Notes: generated from the sequence alone by a model not told the origin. DNA of 60,649 bases, filler included, from 4 parts of 4 records of this genome joined end to end with filler, not necessarily neighbours in it, one strand, 5' to 3'; shown: positions 1-13,269, numbered from the whole stretch's first letter. A program made the numbers and translations.

Positions 1-30
1 GTGGAGGTTCGAGTCCTCTCCTGGGCACCA
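1..30 (+). tRNA. 3' end of a tRNA gene (T-arm, acceptor strand, CCA), most likely tRNA-Leu; truncated by the window/contig start
   Basis: GTGGAGGTTCGAGTCCTCTCCTGGGCACCA: GTTCGA T-loop in a GAGG/CCTC stem, discriminator A, encoded CCA. The 3' sequence resembles proteobacterial tRNA-Leu; the anticodon is not visible. Confidence 0.8.
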
Positions 31-125
31 GCAGTTTTCTCCTCACCAGTTTTATCTTCACTTACGCGTTTCAACGCAGTGTACAGCACTTTCTCCGCTT
101 TAATTCTGAATTTCCGAAGCGCTTT

Positions 126-166
126 GCGAATTTGCACTGCAGTGGGTATTTGCAATACAAATTCGC
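126..166 (-). terminator. 16-bp hairpin between the convergent tRNA and DUF481 gene
   Basis: Minus-strand RNA GCGAAUUUGUAUUGCA-N9-UGCAGUGCAAAUUCGC pairs fully with two G-U pairs, 12 nt after the DUF481 stop; no clean U-tract. Confidence 0.45.
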
Positions 167-178
167 CAAAAATTTCAC

Positions 179-1234
179 TCAAAAACCATAGCCAACGCTG
201 AAGATCAGGCTGGTATCAGTTTTCTTGACTCCCGGTGGCGGCATGTTGTCGTAATCCACATTCACCTGCGTAGCCACATTCACATTTTCAACAATCGGAA
301 CCCGCAAGCCCACCTTGGTTTTGAACAATGAATCGGCGGTGTCCTCAAGGCTCACAGACAGATCGTTGTTATTGAAGAACACCAAACGTTTATTCCAGAA
401 CTTGCGCTCATAGTCCAAACCCAAACTTAATGAGGGAAACGACTCATCAGCCGCAACGATGTAATCCTCATTGATGTAGGCCAAACCATATTCTGTCGAC
501 AACTTGGCACGATCAGTTTCAAAAAACTGGTAACCGTAACCAGCGCCCAGAGAAGTTCTCAAATTCAGGTCAGCCAACTTGTCCTGCTCCCCCTTGGCAT
601 TCACAAACAGGTAATCTTTTTCGCTCAGGAATGCGTCATATTGGGTTAGCAAATATCGGTTTGATGTGGTTGTAACCCCGGCCGACTCAGCCTCGTTCAC
701 TTCAGCTGCGAGGGTGTACCTGTTCTCTGGCGTTCTGGCAATCAACTCTGCATCAAAATTCAGGGCATCGTCCTCCGAATTACCCCGATTGAACACGCCG
801 CCGAGATTGGCTCTCCCACTGTATTTGACCGAATGATCCACAATCGGGGGGTTGAACATGGCAACCTCAGCCCTTTGAAGGGGTCTGGAGCGCCCCAGAT
901 CGCCCTGATCAATAATCAACTCACCCTGCTGACTCAGAGTCACCTTTCCTTTCGCGGTGCTCCCGTCTTTGAGTTTGACAATGACCCCCTCGTCAGACTC
1001 CAATTCAAGAACCTGTTTCCACGGTAGTTCAACTTCTCCGAACAACGGCGATTTAAGGGTAAGAATGTTGTCGCTTAACTTCACGATCTCGCCGGTGAGG
1101 CGATCACCATTTTTCAAAACCACATTGGCTGCGAAAACCGGACTGCTGAACAGGGAAAGTGCGATCACACAAGCAGGTGCATATTTGAACAGCGGGGGGA
1201 ATTTTTCAACTTTTACTTCTTTTAAGACAGGCAT
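179..1234 (-). CDS. DUF481 (YdiY-like) outer-membrane beta-barrel protein
   Basis: Signal peptide ending VFA-A, two LKNGD/LKDGS repeats, amphipathic beta strands, C-terminal FSVGYGF. ATG 1234 follows AAAGGAG. Confidence 0.8.
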   Translation of the reverse strand: MPVLKEVKVEKFPPLFKYAPACVIALSLFSSPVFAANVVLKNGDRLTGEIVKLSDNILTLKSPLFGEVELPWKQVLELESDEGVIVKLKDGSTAKGKVTLSQQGELIIDQGDLGRSRPLQRAEVAMFNPPIVDHSVKYSGRANLGGVFNRGNSEDDALNFDAELIARTPENRYTLAAEVNEAESAGVTTTSNRYLLTQYDAFLSEKDYLFVNAKGEQDKLADLNLRTSLGAGYGYQFFETDRAKLSTEYGLAYINEDYIVAADESFPSLSLGLDYERKFWNKRLVFFNNNDLSVSLEDTADSLFKTKVGLRVPIVENVNVATQVNVDYDNMPPPGVKKTDTSLIFSVGYGF

Positions 1235-1354
1235 TGTCCCGAGGTCTCCTTTCAGATTGATGGACCCATAGGATACCACAACGATTTTTAGGCCTTTTTA
1301 GACCACAAATAAGGTATTTTTGAGGGGAGTTAGAACAAGATATTCAGGGGAATT

Positions 1355-1831
1355 TCAGAGAAAATCTCGAGTCTCGAAAGGCTGCACAATCCAGACGTCC
1401 GAATGAAGATATTCAGCGGCAAAGTCCGGTTTGAAAACAGACCCAGGCTTTACCCAAACCACTGCAGTTTTCATCTCGGTGATAGTGGGGCAAATGGTGC
1501 ACAGATGCTCACACAGCGCCTTCAAGGTATGTCCAGTGTCAGCCAGGTCATCCACCAAAAGCACCCGGCCACTCACCGGCCCAACTGCTGCGATGCTGGC
1601 TGAAATCTGCAGTTCACCCTGACTGGTTCCCTCGCCACCCCGATAGGAGGATGCAGCGATTACAGCCATGGGTTTTCGCAAAGAACGAGACAAGCCATCC
1701 GCCAGAAAAAGACCGCCCCGAGAAACCCCGAGCACGCAATCAGGCTGAAAACCCGAGTTTTTAACGGCATCCACCACCCGATCAATCAGGCGGTGGTACT
1801 GGGCATAATCGATGTGTAGCTTGTCGCTCAT
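1355..1831 (-). CDS. Type I phosphoribosyltransferase (purine-salvage, Gpt-like)
   Basis: VSRGGL and PRPP-binding VLLVDDLADTGHT motifs; C-terminal WIVQPFE; usual position after purA. Confidence 0.85.
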   Translation of the reverse strand: MSDKLHIDYAQYHRLIDRVVDAVKNSGFQPDCVLGVSRGGLFLADGLSRSLRKPMAVIAASSYRGGEGTSQGELQISASIAAVGPVSGRVLLVDDLADTGHTLKALCEHLCTICPTITEMKTAVVWVKPGSVFKPDFAAEYLHSDVWIVQPFETRDFL

Positions 1832-1848
1832 GCGCCAGAGCTTCTGAT

Positions 1849-4349
<2,501 letters not shown>

Positions 4350-4376
4350 GACTATTCCAACTCTTCAACGAGTGTT

Positions 4377-4556
4377 TTACAACAAAAAAAGCGTGATACC
4401 GATGAGGATCGCCACCAGCCCAACAAATCGTATTTGACCTTCTGTGAGCGAGGCAATCTTGAGAAAGGTCTCTTTCCATTGTTTTGGAAACAGAAAAGGC
4501 ATAAAGCCCTCGAGAATGAACACGAGGGCCAAAGCCAGCCAAAAGGTCTCGCTCAT
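4377..4556 (-). CDS. DUF2065 (YjeT-like) small membrane protein, 59 aa; absent from the ORF track
   Basis: Translated by hand: MSETFWLALALVFILEGFMPFLFPKQWKETFLKIASLTEGQIRFVGLVAILIGITLFLL*; conserved slot between hflC and hisZ/purA. Confidence 0.9.
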   Translation of the reverse strand: MSETFWLALALVFILEGFMPFLFPKQWKETFLKIASLTEGQIRFVGLVAILIGITLFLL

Positions 4557-4625
4557 ATCAGTTTTCCCAGAGCCAGACCTTTCAAGCGAAGGCAGTTAAC
4601 CAACGCAAGCGCACGAAAGCCCAAG

Positions 4626-5492
4626 TTATTGCGTTTTCTGCAAAAACTTGAAGAAATCAGACTGCGGATCAACCACCATCACATCAGACTTGGATGTCAA
4701 AGACTTCTTGTAGGCATCCAGACTGCGGTAAAAGGAATAGAACTCGGGATTGCGACCAAAAGCGGCATTATAAATCGAACCGGCCTTTGCATCACCCTCC
4801 CCCTTGATAGTTTGTGCTTCTCTGTAGGCTTCAGCCAAAATAACGACCACCTGGCGATCAGCATCCGCACGAATTTGCTCGGCCTCCGCTGCACCAGTGG
4901 CACGCAGGTCGTTGGCCACCCGCTTGCGCTCGGCCTCCATACGGCGGAACACTGATTCACTGACCTCAGGCAGTAAATCCACGCGTTTCAAGCGAACATC
5001 CAGAATCTCCACGCCAATTTCCGCAGCCTCATCCTTGACCTTTTCCACCACAGTGTTCATGACGGTGGTTCGCTCGCCTGAAACCATTTGCGGCACGGTT
5101 CGCTTGGTAATTTCCTCGTTCAAAGCGGACTTGACCACCTGAGACATACGGCTTTGAGCCAGGCGGGAATCACCACTCAAACGAACAAAATACAAGCGAG
5201 GATCGACAATGCGCCACTTGATATAAGAGTCGATCAAGAGGTTTTTCTTCTCGGAAGTAATAAAACGCTCAGGTTCGGGGGTGTCAATGGTTTGAATACG
5301 CTTGTCCAGAAAAATAACATTCTGGAAAGGTGCGGGTAGCTTGAAATACAGACCAGGCTCCTGGCGCACTTCTTCAACCTGACCCAAAGCAAACACAATG
5401 GCGTATTGGCGCTGATCCACAACGTACAGGCAGGTGTTGGCGACAAAAAAGCCAATCAACGCAGCCGCTACTACTACAAAAATCTTAGGCAT
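4626..5492 (-). CDS. hflC: FtsH protease modulator HflC
   Basis: N-terminal TM, SPFH domain, RMEAER, PEFYSFYRSL. Confidence 0.97.
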   Translation of the reverse strand: MPKIFVVVAAALIGFFVANTCLYVVDQRQYAIVFALGQVEEVRQEPGLYFKLPAPFQNVIFLDKRIQTIDTPEPERFITSEKKNLLIDSYIKWRIVDPRLYFVRLSGDSRLAQSRMSQVVKSALNEEITKRTVPQMVSGERTTVMNTVVEKVKDEAAEIGVEILDVRLKRVDLLPEVSESVFRRMEAERKRVANDLRATGAAEAEQIRADADRQVVVILAEAYREAQTIKGEGDAKAGSIYNAAFGRNPEFYSFYRSLDAYKKSLTSKSDVMVVDPQSDFFKFLQKTQ

Positions 5493-5494
5493 GA

Positions 5495-6793
5495 TTAGCG
5501 AGCTCCCCGGTCACGATTGCGCATGGCATCGCGAATGCTAGTGTCGAATCCATCATTGGCAGCACGTGGTGCAGATGGGCTGGTTTCAGCGGCTTTGGCA
5601 GCAGCAGCGGCAGATGTCGCACTGCTTTCAGCGCCAGATGCACCAGTTTTCTCAATCAATTTGTCCAAAGGCAAATACAGCAGCTGGCTGTTGCCTTTCG
5701 AGTCAACAATGACCTTGGTCACATTGGTGTAAATTTCCTGCATCGCATCGATGTACAGGCGATCCTTGGTGACTTTCGGTGCTTTCTCGTATTCGGTCAA
5801 AATTGCCTTGAAGCGGGCTGAATCACCCTCGGACTGGGCAACCACACGTTCGCGATAACCATTTGCCTCTTCCAGCAAACGCGCCGCATTGCCTCGGGCA
5901 CGCGGAATTACATCATTTGCATAGGCTTCACCGTCGTTTTTCAAACGCTCACGGTCCTGACCCGCCTTCACTGCATCGTCGAATGCAGCTTGAACCTGCT
6001 CGGGAGGCTGAACACCCTGCACGGTCACGCTGGATACCAGGATACCCGTACCGTATTTGTCGAGGATTTCCTGCATCACTTCAGCTGTATTCAAGGCAAT
6101 CTGCTCTCGACCTTCGTAAAGTACAAAGTCCATTTTGCTACGACCCACTACTTCGCGAATGGCTGTTTCAGCGGCCATTTTCACCGACTCATCCGGATCG
6201 ATGGTGTTAAACAGATAATCACCCGCATCTTTGAGGCGGTATTGAACCGCAAATTGGATGTCGATGATGTTTTCATCTTCGGTCAGCATCAGCGCTTCGC
6301 GCAGCACCTTGCTTTTCACGTCGTTGCGATAACCCACCTCAACGATACGCACCTGAGAGGAGTTCACCACTTCATGCGACTGAATTGGATAAGGCAAGCG
6401 CCATTGGAAGCCTGGCATTGAAGTGTGGTGGTATTTACCAAACTGCAACACCACGCCTTCACGGCCTTCCTGAACGATGTAAAAACCGCTGGCCAACCAG
6501 ACAAGCACGGCGACCACGATCACCGCAGTGAAACCTCGACCTGCATTCTCCATGCTGGGGCCACCACTGCCGCCACCGCCCAAGGGACCGCGTGGACCAC
6601 CGCCATGGCCACCTTTCTTCCCGAACAGGCGGTTAAGCCTGCTGTTGAAGTCGCGCCATAGTTCATCGAGGTCCGGGGGACCGTCCTGACGGCCGCCGGG
6701 ACGGCGATTGTCTTGATCTTGAGGCTTTGCGGGTTCATCGTTGTTTTGATTACCCGATGAATTTCTGCCCCAATCCGGATCATTCATTGACAT
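5495..6793 (-). CDS. hflK: FtsH protease modulator HflK
   Basis: GPPDLDELWRDFN N-terminus, TM helix, SPFH domain, MLTEDENII. Confidence 0.97.
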   Translation of the reverse strand: MSMNDPDWGRNSSGNQNNDEPAKPQDQDNRRPGGRQDGPPDLDELWRDFNSRLNRLFGKKGGHGGGPRGPLGGGGSGGPSMENAGRGFTAVIVVAVLVWLASGFYIVQEGREGVVLQFGKYHHTSMPGFQWRLPYPIQSHEVVNSSQVRIVEVGYRNDVKSKVLREALMLTEDENIIDIQFAVQYRLKDAGDYLFNTIDPDESVKMAAETAIREVVGRSKMDFVLYEGREQIALNTAEVMQEILDKYGTGILVSSVTVQGVQPPEQVQAAFDDAVKAGQDRERLKNDGEAYANDVIPRARGNAARLLEEANGYRERVVAQSEGDSARFKAILTEYEKAPKVTKDRLYIDAMQEIYTNVTKVIVDSKGNSQLLYLPLDKLIEKTGASGAESSATSAAAAAKAAETSPSAPRAANDGFDTSIRDAMRNRDRGAR

Positions 6794-6829
6794 GCTTGTT
6801 CCTACTGCTGAAAAATTAGTTGTTGACGT

Positions 6830-7951
6830 TCAGGCCCATTGCAATTCATCTGACTGCGTGTCTGCACCCCTGCTTTGAGCATAGAAGTTGCCAGCAAGTT
6901 CAGTCAGGCATTCACGCAACTCAGGAATGCCAAGCCCATAGCGCGCACTCACCGCCACGGACAAAATCTTACCATCGCCGTCGCGCTCGACTTCCACGGA
7001 ACGCTCGCAGGCGTCTATTTTGTTCCAGATGATCACCTGTGGAACATCCCCCGCGTCGATCTCCAGCAGTACTTTGTTGACCTCGTCGATTTGACTGTGC
7101 CGGACTGGAGAGCTCACATCAACGACATGCAACAACACGTCGGCGTGCACCGCGCTTTCAAGAGTGGCTTTGAAGGCATCGACCAGCGAATGGGACAGAT
7201 CGCGAATAAATCCAACCGTATCCGACAAGGCCATGTCTACCTTGGGTGCTAGCCACACACGGCGTGTGGTCGTATCCAGGGTGGCAAACAGTTGGTCGGC
7301 CGCATACGCCTTGTCGCTCGCAATGGCATTGAACAAAGTGCTTTTGCCGGCATTGGTGTAGCCCACGATCGCAACCGTGAACTGCCCTCGCCGCTCGCGT
7401 TGACGGCGCTGGGTTTGACGCTGTTTCTGAAGCTTCTCGAGCCTGGTTTTCAGTTGCTTGACCTTTACACCGATCAGGCGCCGGTCTGTTTCGAGTTGGG
7501 TTTCACCCGGGCCACGCATGCCGATACCACCTTGCTGGCCGTACAAATTCGCGTTGCCCCGCACCAAGCGCGAGGCCATGTACTGAAGCTGTGCCAACTC
7601 AACCTGCAACTTGCCCTCGAAACTGCGTGCCCGAATGGCAAAAATATCGAGAATCAGACCAGTGCGGTCGATGACTCGACGCCCGAGTGCATTTTCAAGA
7701 TTTCGCTGTTGAGCAGGACTCAGACTGTGATTGAAGATGACAAGTTCGACTTCTTCGGCTTCGCAATGCGCAAGTATTTCCTGCACCTTGCCTGAGCCGA
7801 TGAATGTGGCTGAGTCAGGGGAACGCCGCTTGGACACGAAAACGCCGATCACCTCTGCACCCGCAGAGGTGGCCAGTAGGGCAAGCTCATCGACACTTTC
7901 GCGGAACTCGTGTTGACCTAGATCGAGTGCAACCAGGGAACTACGCGTCAT
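6830..7951 (-). CDS. hflX: Ribosome-splitting GTPase HflX (compact, 373 aa)
   Basis: GYTNAGKS, DQLFATLDTT, DTVGF, NKID, RGPGETQLE. Confidence 0.97.
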   Translation of the reverse strand: MTRSSLVALDLGQHEFRESVDELALLATSAGAEVIGVFVSKRRSPDSATFIGSGKVQEILAHCEAEEVELVIFNHSLSPAQQRNLENALGRRVIDRTGLILDIFAIRARSFEGKLQVELAQLQYMASRLVRGNANLYGQQGGIGMRGPGETQLETDRRLIGVKVKQLKTRLEKLQKQRQTQRRQRERRGQFTVAIVGYTNAGKSTLFNAIASDKAYAADQLFATLDTTTRRVWLAPKVDMALSDTVGFIRDLSHSLVDAFKATLESAVHADVLLHVVDVSSPVRHSQIDEVNKVLLEIDAGDVPQVIIWNKIDACERSVEVERDGDGKILSVAVSARYGLGIPELRECLTELAGNFYAQSRGADTQSDELQWA

Positions 7952-7987
7952 TTCAAACCGCGGAATAATTTGAAAGTGAAGATAAGG

Positions 7988-8221
7988 TTACTCCTTCACC
8001 TCGGGGGTGAATGTCACTGAACGGCCAGGCACAACAGTCGAAATTGCGTGCTTGTAGACCATTTGGGTTACTGTGTTACGCAGCAAAACCACGTACTGAT
8101 CGAAAGACTCGATTTGGCCCTGAAGCTTGATGCCGTTGACCAGGTAAATGGACACGGGTACATGCTCTTTGCGCAGCAAATTGAGGAAGGGGTCTTGTAG
8201 TAGTTGCCCTTTGTTACTCAT
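7988..8221 (-). CDS. hfq: RNA chaperone Hfq
   Basis: LQDPFLN...[21 protein letters not shown]...YKHAIST. Confidence 0.99.
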   Translation of the reverse strand: MSNKGQLLQDPFLNLLRKEHVPVSIYLVNGIKLQGQIESFDQYVVLLRNTVTQMVYKHAISTVVPGRSVTFTPEVKE

Positions 8222-8279
8222 AACAGCTCCAGACTGTGTTGATATTATTAAATGTCAGAGCTTTTGGCTCGTCACGCTT

Positions 8280-8308
8280 AGTTTACAGAAAGCGTCTATG
8301 GGTGCCAA
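8280..8308 (-). promoter_or_regulatory. Candidate sigma70 promoter for the hfq operon
   Basis: TTGGCA-N17-TAAACT on the minus strand, about 60 nt upstream of the hfq ATG. Confidence 0.55.
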
Positions 8309-8331
8309 ACGGAAGCCCTTCTTTTGTTGAT

Positions 8332-8359
8332 ATGGACACTCTTTTTTCATAAAAAGTTC
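8332..8359 (-). promoter_or_regulatory. Candidate sigmaE (RpoE/AlgU-type) promoter for the hfq operon
   Basis: GAACTT-N16-GTCCAT on the minus strand. Confidence 0.45.
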
Positions 8360-8400
8360 AAATCCAACGACAAAGAGTGATTCCCGTTGACATCCCCCAC

Positions 8401-9768
8401 TTAACAGGGGGCTAACTCAAGCCATTGAGACAGGCGGGGACGCCGAATGAACTCTTCTTGAAACTCGGTCAATTTCGCCGTGGACTGGGGCAATCGGGCA
8501 GCCCATTCAGAAGTCAGGGATGGGTCGTACCAAAGCGCTTTTGCCACCACTTCAGAACTAATGTTGGCTGGGTCACAAATCAAGGCAAAGCGATCATCAC
8601 CCCGCACAATGGCCAGAAGACCGATCACTCCATGATCAATCAACAAACTCAGAATCTCATCCAGCTGGTCGGGTGGCACCTTGGCAAACACCCGCAACTC
8701 TTCCATGGTCATGCCCGGCTTTTCCTGCTGCCGCGACTTTTCCAGTTCAACCAAAACACTCAAACCTTGCAACCACCTTTCACCAGGGCGGTTACTAGGG
8801 TTCCAGTAACCAGTGCGGGCCACAGGCAAAGCCGCAACAGTACTGGCCCCCAGCAACACAATAATCCAGCTGACGTAAATCCAGAGCAAAAAGATTGGAA
8901 ATGCCGCCAAAGCACCATACAAAGCCGTATAACTTGGAAAGTGCGTGATGTAAGCCGCAAAAGCCCGCTTGGAAATTTCGAACAGCACGGCGGCCAATAC
9001 CCCACCCACCAAGGCGTCTTTCCAGTGCACCGCCCTATTCGGAACAATTCGATAAATAAAGGCAAAAGCCAACACCGTCAAAGTCAGCGGTATCAGATTA
9101 AGGGCGGGAAACATGCCACCCAACACAGGATTCACACCCGCCATGGTTTCACCGATCAGCGCAGTGGATACACTGATGCTCAACCCGATCAGCACTGGCG
9201 CCAGCGACAACACAGCCCAATACAGCACCACCTTGTTCATGGTCGAACGTTGACGCTTCACGTTCCAGATTTGATTGAACACCCTATCCACCGTGAACAT
9301 GGTGGTCAATGCAGTAATCACCAGAAACACGATACCAATTGCGGTCAGCCCCTTGGCTTTGTCAGAAAACTGAGTGACATAAGTCAAAATGGTTTCAGAC
9401 AGGGTTTCGGGAAAAAAGCTGTCGATCAAATAGCCCTGAAGCGACAACTGCAAACGGTCAAACATCGGAAATGCCGTGAATATGGCCAGCACCACCGTGG
9501 CCAATGGCACCAAGGACAGCACCGTGGTAAAGGTGAGGCTGGCAGCCACCTGCGGCAAGCGCTGCTCGCTGATGCGCTGGCTCACCAGGCGTGTAAACGC
9601 GATCCACCAGCGCAAGTTCAGCGGTGACAGCTCAACATCGGCCACGCTGAACGCACGCCGGGCACCACGCATAAAGCGTGCACGGCGCGTTTGACTCTCT
9701 TCGGTCGATTTGCCAATGGCTTTGAAACTCTTGGTCTCAGTTGTTTCGGAAGGTGCGGCTGAACTCAT
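8401..9768 (-). CDS. YihY/BrkB family inner-membrane protein with C-terminal winged-helix extension; start uncertain
   Basis: AASLTFTTVLSLVP, YTALYGALAAFPIFLLWIY, several TM helices. The track start (10074) overlaps wrbA, so ATG 9768 was chosen (alternatives 9804, 9672). Confidence 0.85.
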   Translation of the reverse strand: MSSAAPSETTETKSFKAIGKSTEESQTRRARFMRGARRAFSVADVELSPLNLRWWIAFTRLVSQRISEQRLPQVAASLTFTTVLSLVPLATVVLAIFTAFPMFDRLQLSLQGYLIDSFFPETLSETILTYVTQFSDKAKGLTAIGIVFLVITALTTMFTVDRVFNQIWNVKRQRSTMNKVVLYWAVLSLAPVLIGLSISVSTALIGETMAGVNPVLGGMFPALNLIPLTLTVLAFAFIYRIVPNRAVHWKDALVGGVLAAVLFEISKRAFAAYITHFPSYTALYGALAAFPIFLLWIYVSWIIVLLGASTVAALPVARTGYWNPSNRPGERWLQGLSVLVELEKSRQQEKPGMTMEELRVFAKVPPDQLDEILSLLIDHGVIGLLAIVRGDDRFALICDPANISSEVVAKALWYDPSLTSEWAARLPQSTAKLTEFQEEFIRRPRLSQWLELAPC

Positions 9769-9809
9769 GCGCTTCGATACAATAGGGGTTCCAACAGCCC
9801 CCATGATAA

Positions 9810-10423
<614 letters not shown>

Positions 10424-10424
<1 letters not shown>

Positions 10425-10807
10425 TGAGCAGCACACCTGAAGTTGATTTGACCCGCAAGAAAGCCTACTGGGCAACAGTCAGCAGCCTGTTGGCGTTAAT
10501 TGCCCTGTGCGTGGCCTGGGAACTTTTTGTTGCGCCCATTCGCCCGGGTGGCAGCTGGCTGGTACTGAAGGTGCTGCCCCTGCTGCTGGTGGTGCCCGGC
10601 ATATTCAAACAACGCGTGCGAACCTATCAAGCCACATCACTTCTCGTGTGGCTTTACTTCGCTGAGGGTGCCACACGCGCCAGTTCCGACCCGGCGTTGG
10701 CCTCCCAGTTAATGGCCGGGCTGGAGGTGCTACTAACCATTACTTTGTTCGCCAGTGTCAGCGTGTATGCCCGTACCTACAAAGTCCCCAAGACAAAGGT
10801 TGCCTAA
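10424..10807 (+). CDS. DUF2069 membrane protein
   Basis: WEL..APIRPGGSWL, RTYQ...L.W.YF.EG motif; TGATG coupling to wrbA. Confidence 0.85.
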
Positions 10808-10811
10808 ACGC

Positions 10812-12242
10812 ATGAATGAATTTCTCGAACAGTTACGCAAACAGGTGCCTGGGCTGCTGATCAGCACTGAGGCGGCCTACATTGCCCAAGCCTGTACCGA
10901 TTGGCGCAAACGCTACTGCACCACTGCGCTGGCTGTTCTGGAACCCATGACCACCCGACAGGTGCAAGACATTGTCAAAACATGCGATGCATTCAATGTG
11001 GCCATTTCAACCCAAGGTGGGAACACTGGCTTGGTGGGTGGTGCGGTGCCCGTGGCAGATACCGACGCGGAAAAACGACCGCATGTTGTACTTAAAACAG
11101 GGCGCATTCGCGAGTTCCTGAAGCTGGATGAAAGCAACCTGACTTTGACTGCCAGCGTAGGTTACACCCTGCATGAAATTCAGGAATATGCGTTGGCGCA
11201 TGGCTTTTTATTCCCCTTGAGCCTGGCCTCAGAAGGTACCTGCACCTTGGGCGGCAACCTCGCCAGCAATGCTGGGGGCGTCGCGGTGCTGCGCTACGGC
11301 AATACCCGCGAATTGTGTCTCGGGCTGGAGTATGTGAACGCACAGGGCGATTTGTGTGGTGATTTGCGGGGACTTCGCAAAAACAACACTGGCTATGACC
11401 TGCGTCATTTGTTGATTGGCTCGGAAGGCACTTTGGGAGTGATAACCACTGCCTGCATGAAGGTGTACCCTGCCCCCCAAAGCCGCTGTGTGGCGTGGCT
11501 GAATGTGGACAATATTCAAACTGCCGTGGACGCATTGGGATTTGTACAAGGCCGCTTGTTTGGTGAACTCAGCAGCTACGAATGGATGAACGTCAATGCA
11601 ATTGATGTGGTTCAAACCCATTTTCCTGCCCGCGCGCCGACCTGCCCCGGCGCTGTTGACCATGTGCTCGCTGAATTCACCTCATTGGGTTCCGAAACCA
11701 CCTTGCGTGAACAAGTCACCAAAACACTCGAGGCGCTGTTGGAAGAGCTTCCCGGGGTACGCAACATTGCCATGGCTCAAAACGGACGGGAAATTGAAGC
11801 GTTTTGGGCTTTGCGAGAAAACATTTCCGAAGCGCAGGCCAAAGAGGGTTTGAACGTCAAACACGATGTAGCCTGCGCTGTCTCGCAGCTACCCACATTT
11901 CACGACATGGCCCTGAATGACATTGCTGAGCATGGCGTGGATGTTCGGCCAGTGTTGTTTGGCCATTTGGGCGACGGCAACCTGCACTTCAATTTGTCAG
12001 CCCCAAAAGGCAACGACTCGTCAGAATTTCTCAAACAACACCAAAATTTGCTCAATACCTTGGTGCACGAGACCATTCTCCGTTGCGGCGGTACCATATC
12101 GGCGGAACATGGCATTGGACAATTGAAAGCGGAATTGTTGCGAGAGATTACCAGCGACAGCAATTACTCGGCGTTTGTAGCGATCAAAAAGGCCATGGAC
12201 CCTAAAAACCTCCTGAATCCCGGCAAGCTGGTGTTGATATGA
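10812..12242 (+). CDS. FAD-linked oxidase (D-2-hydroxyacid dehydrogenase/GlcD-like)
   Basis: QGGNTGLVGG, LRKNNTGYDL, GHLGDGNLH, SAEHGIG, DPKNLLNPGK. Confidence 0.92.
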   Translation: MNEFLEQLRKQVPGLLISTEAAYIAQACTDWRKRYCTTALAVLEPMTTRQVQDIVKTCDAFNVAISTQGGNTGLVGGAVPVADTDAEKRPHVVLKTGRIREFLKLDESNLTLTASVGYTLHEIQEYALAHGFLFPLSLASEGTCTLGGNLASNAGGVAVLRYGNTRELCLGLEYVNAQGDLCGDLRGLRKNNTGYDLRHLLIGSEGTLGVITTACMKVYPAPQSRCVAWLNVDNIQTAVDALGFVQGRLFGELSSYEWMNVNAIDVVQTHFPARAPTCPGAVDHVLAEFTSLGSETTLREQVTKTLEALLEELPGVRNIAMAQNGREIEAFWALRENISEAQAKEGLNVKHDVACAVSQLPTFHDMALNDIAEHGVDVRPVLFGHLGDGNLHFNLSAPKGNDSSEFLKQHQNLLNTLVHETILRCGGTISAEHGIGQLKAELLREITSDSNYSAFVAIKKAMDPKNLLNPGKLVLI

Positions 12243-12276
12243 GCCCGGCAGCTGTTGCGGGTTTGTTGACGACTTG

Positions 12277-13251
12277 TTAAGAGATTGCAGCCATGATCGC
12301 CAGCGCATCTTCAACCACCTGCCAGTTTTTGGCCTTCAGCCGGGTTGAATCGGACAGCACCTGACGGTAAAGCCTTCCACCGGGCTGTCCGTGAAACAGA
12401 CCCAACCAGGATTTCGTGATGTTTCGAATGCTTTCACCTTTTTGCAACTCCTGCTCAGCATAAGCGCGCAATTCATCAATAACGTCCAAACGGCTTTTTG
12501 ATTGGATCGGTTGGCCAATGATTTCGTCAAATCCGGCCAATAGCCACGGGTTGGAATAAGCCTCTCGACCAATCATGCAACCATCAGCCCATTCCAAGTG
12601 GGTTTGAATCGACTCGAGGGTTGTAATTCCCCCGTTCAGAATGATTTGAAGATGCGGGAAATGTTGCTTCAGGCGCTTTACCACCTGGTAACGCAAAGGA
12701 GGAATATCGCGGTTTTGCTTTGGGGACAGGCCTTTGAGCACCGCATTGCGCGCGTGCACAATGAAGGTGTTACAACCCGCTTCACTCACCTTGCCCACAA
12801 AGTCATACAGCATGGTTTCGCTTTCATCGTAATCAAGCCCAATCCTGTGCTTCACAGTTACATCGATCGAGCAGGCATCCCGCATGGCTTTCACGCAGTC
12901 GGCCACCAAGTCGGGTTCCGCCATCAGGCAAGCGCCAAACGATCCCTTCTGGACACGCTCCGACGGACAACCCACATTCATGTTCAATTCATCGTAACCA
13001 GCTTGTTCAATCCATTTGGCGCAACGTGCCATGTGCTCGGGGTCGCTGCCACCGATTTGGAAGGCGACTGGGTGCTCTTCCTCGTTGAATGCCAAAAAAC
13101 GCTGGCGATCGCCAAACACAAGCGCACCCGTTGTGATCATCTCGGTGTAAAGCCAGGTGTGCTGGCTTATCGCACGATGAAACCGACGGCAGTGCCGATC
13201 AGTCCAATCGATCATGGGAGCAACAGAGAGGGTGCGGGGTTTGAATGTCAT
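12277..13251 (-). CDS. dusA: tRNA-dihydrouridine(20/20a) synthase
   Basis: SVAPMIDWTDRHCR, NVGCPSERVQKGSFGACLM, GLSPKQNRDIPPL. Confidence 0.95.
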   Translation of the reverse strand: MTFKPRTLSVAPMIDWTDRHCRRFHRAISQHTWLYTEMITTGALVFGDRQRFLAFNEEEHPVAFQIGGSDPEHMARCAKWIEQAGYDELNMNVGCPSERVQKGSFGACLMAEPDLVADCVKAMRDACSIDVTVKHRIGLDYDESETMLYDFVGKVSEAGCNTFIVHARNAVLKGLSPKQNRDIPPLRYQVVKRLKQHFPHLQIILNGGITTLESIQTHLEWADGCMIGREAYSNPWLLAGFDEIIGQPIQSKSRLDVIDELRAYAEQELQKGESIRNITKSWLGLFHGQPGGRLYRQVLSDSTRLKAKNWQVVEDALAIMAAIS

Positions 13252-13269
13252 GACTTGGATTCTACAAAC

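Noticed and set aside
8425-9627. 400-aa His/Gln-rich ORF antisense to yihY
   Set aside because: Complement of Val/Leu codons of a membrane protein; not a metal-binding protein.
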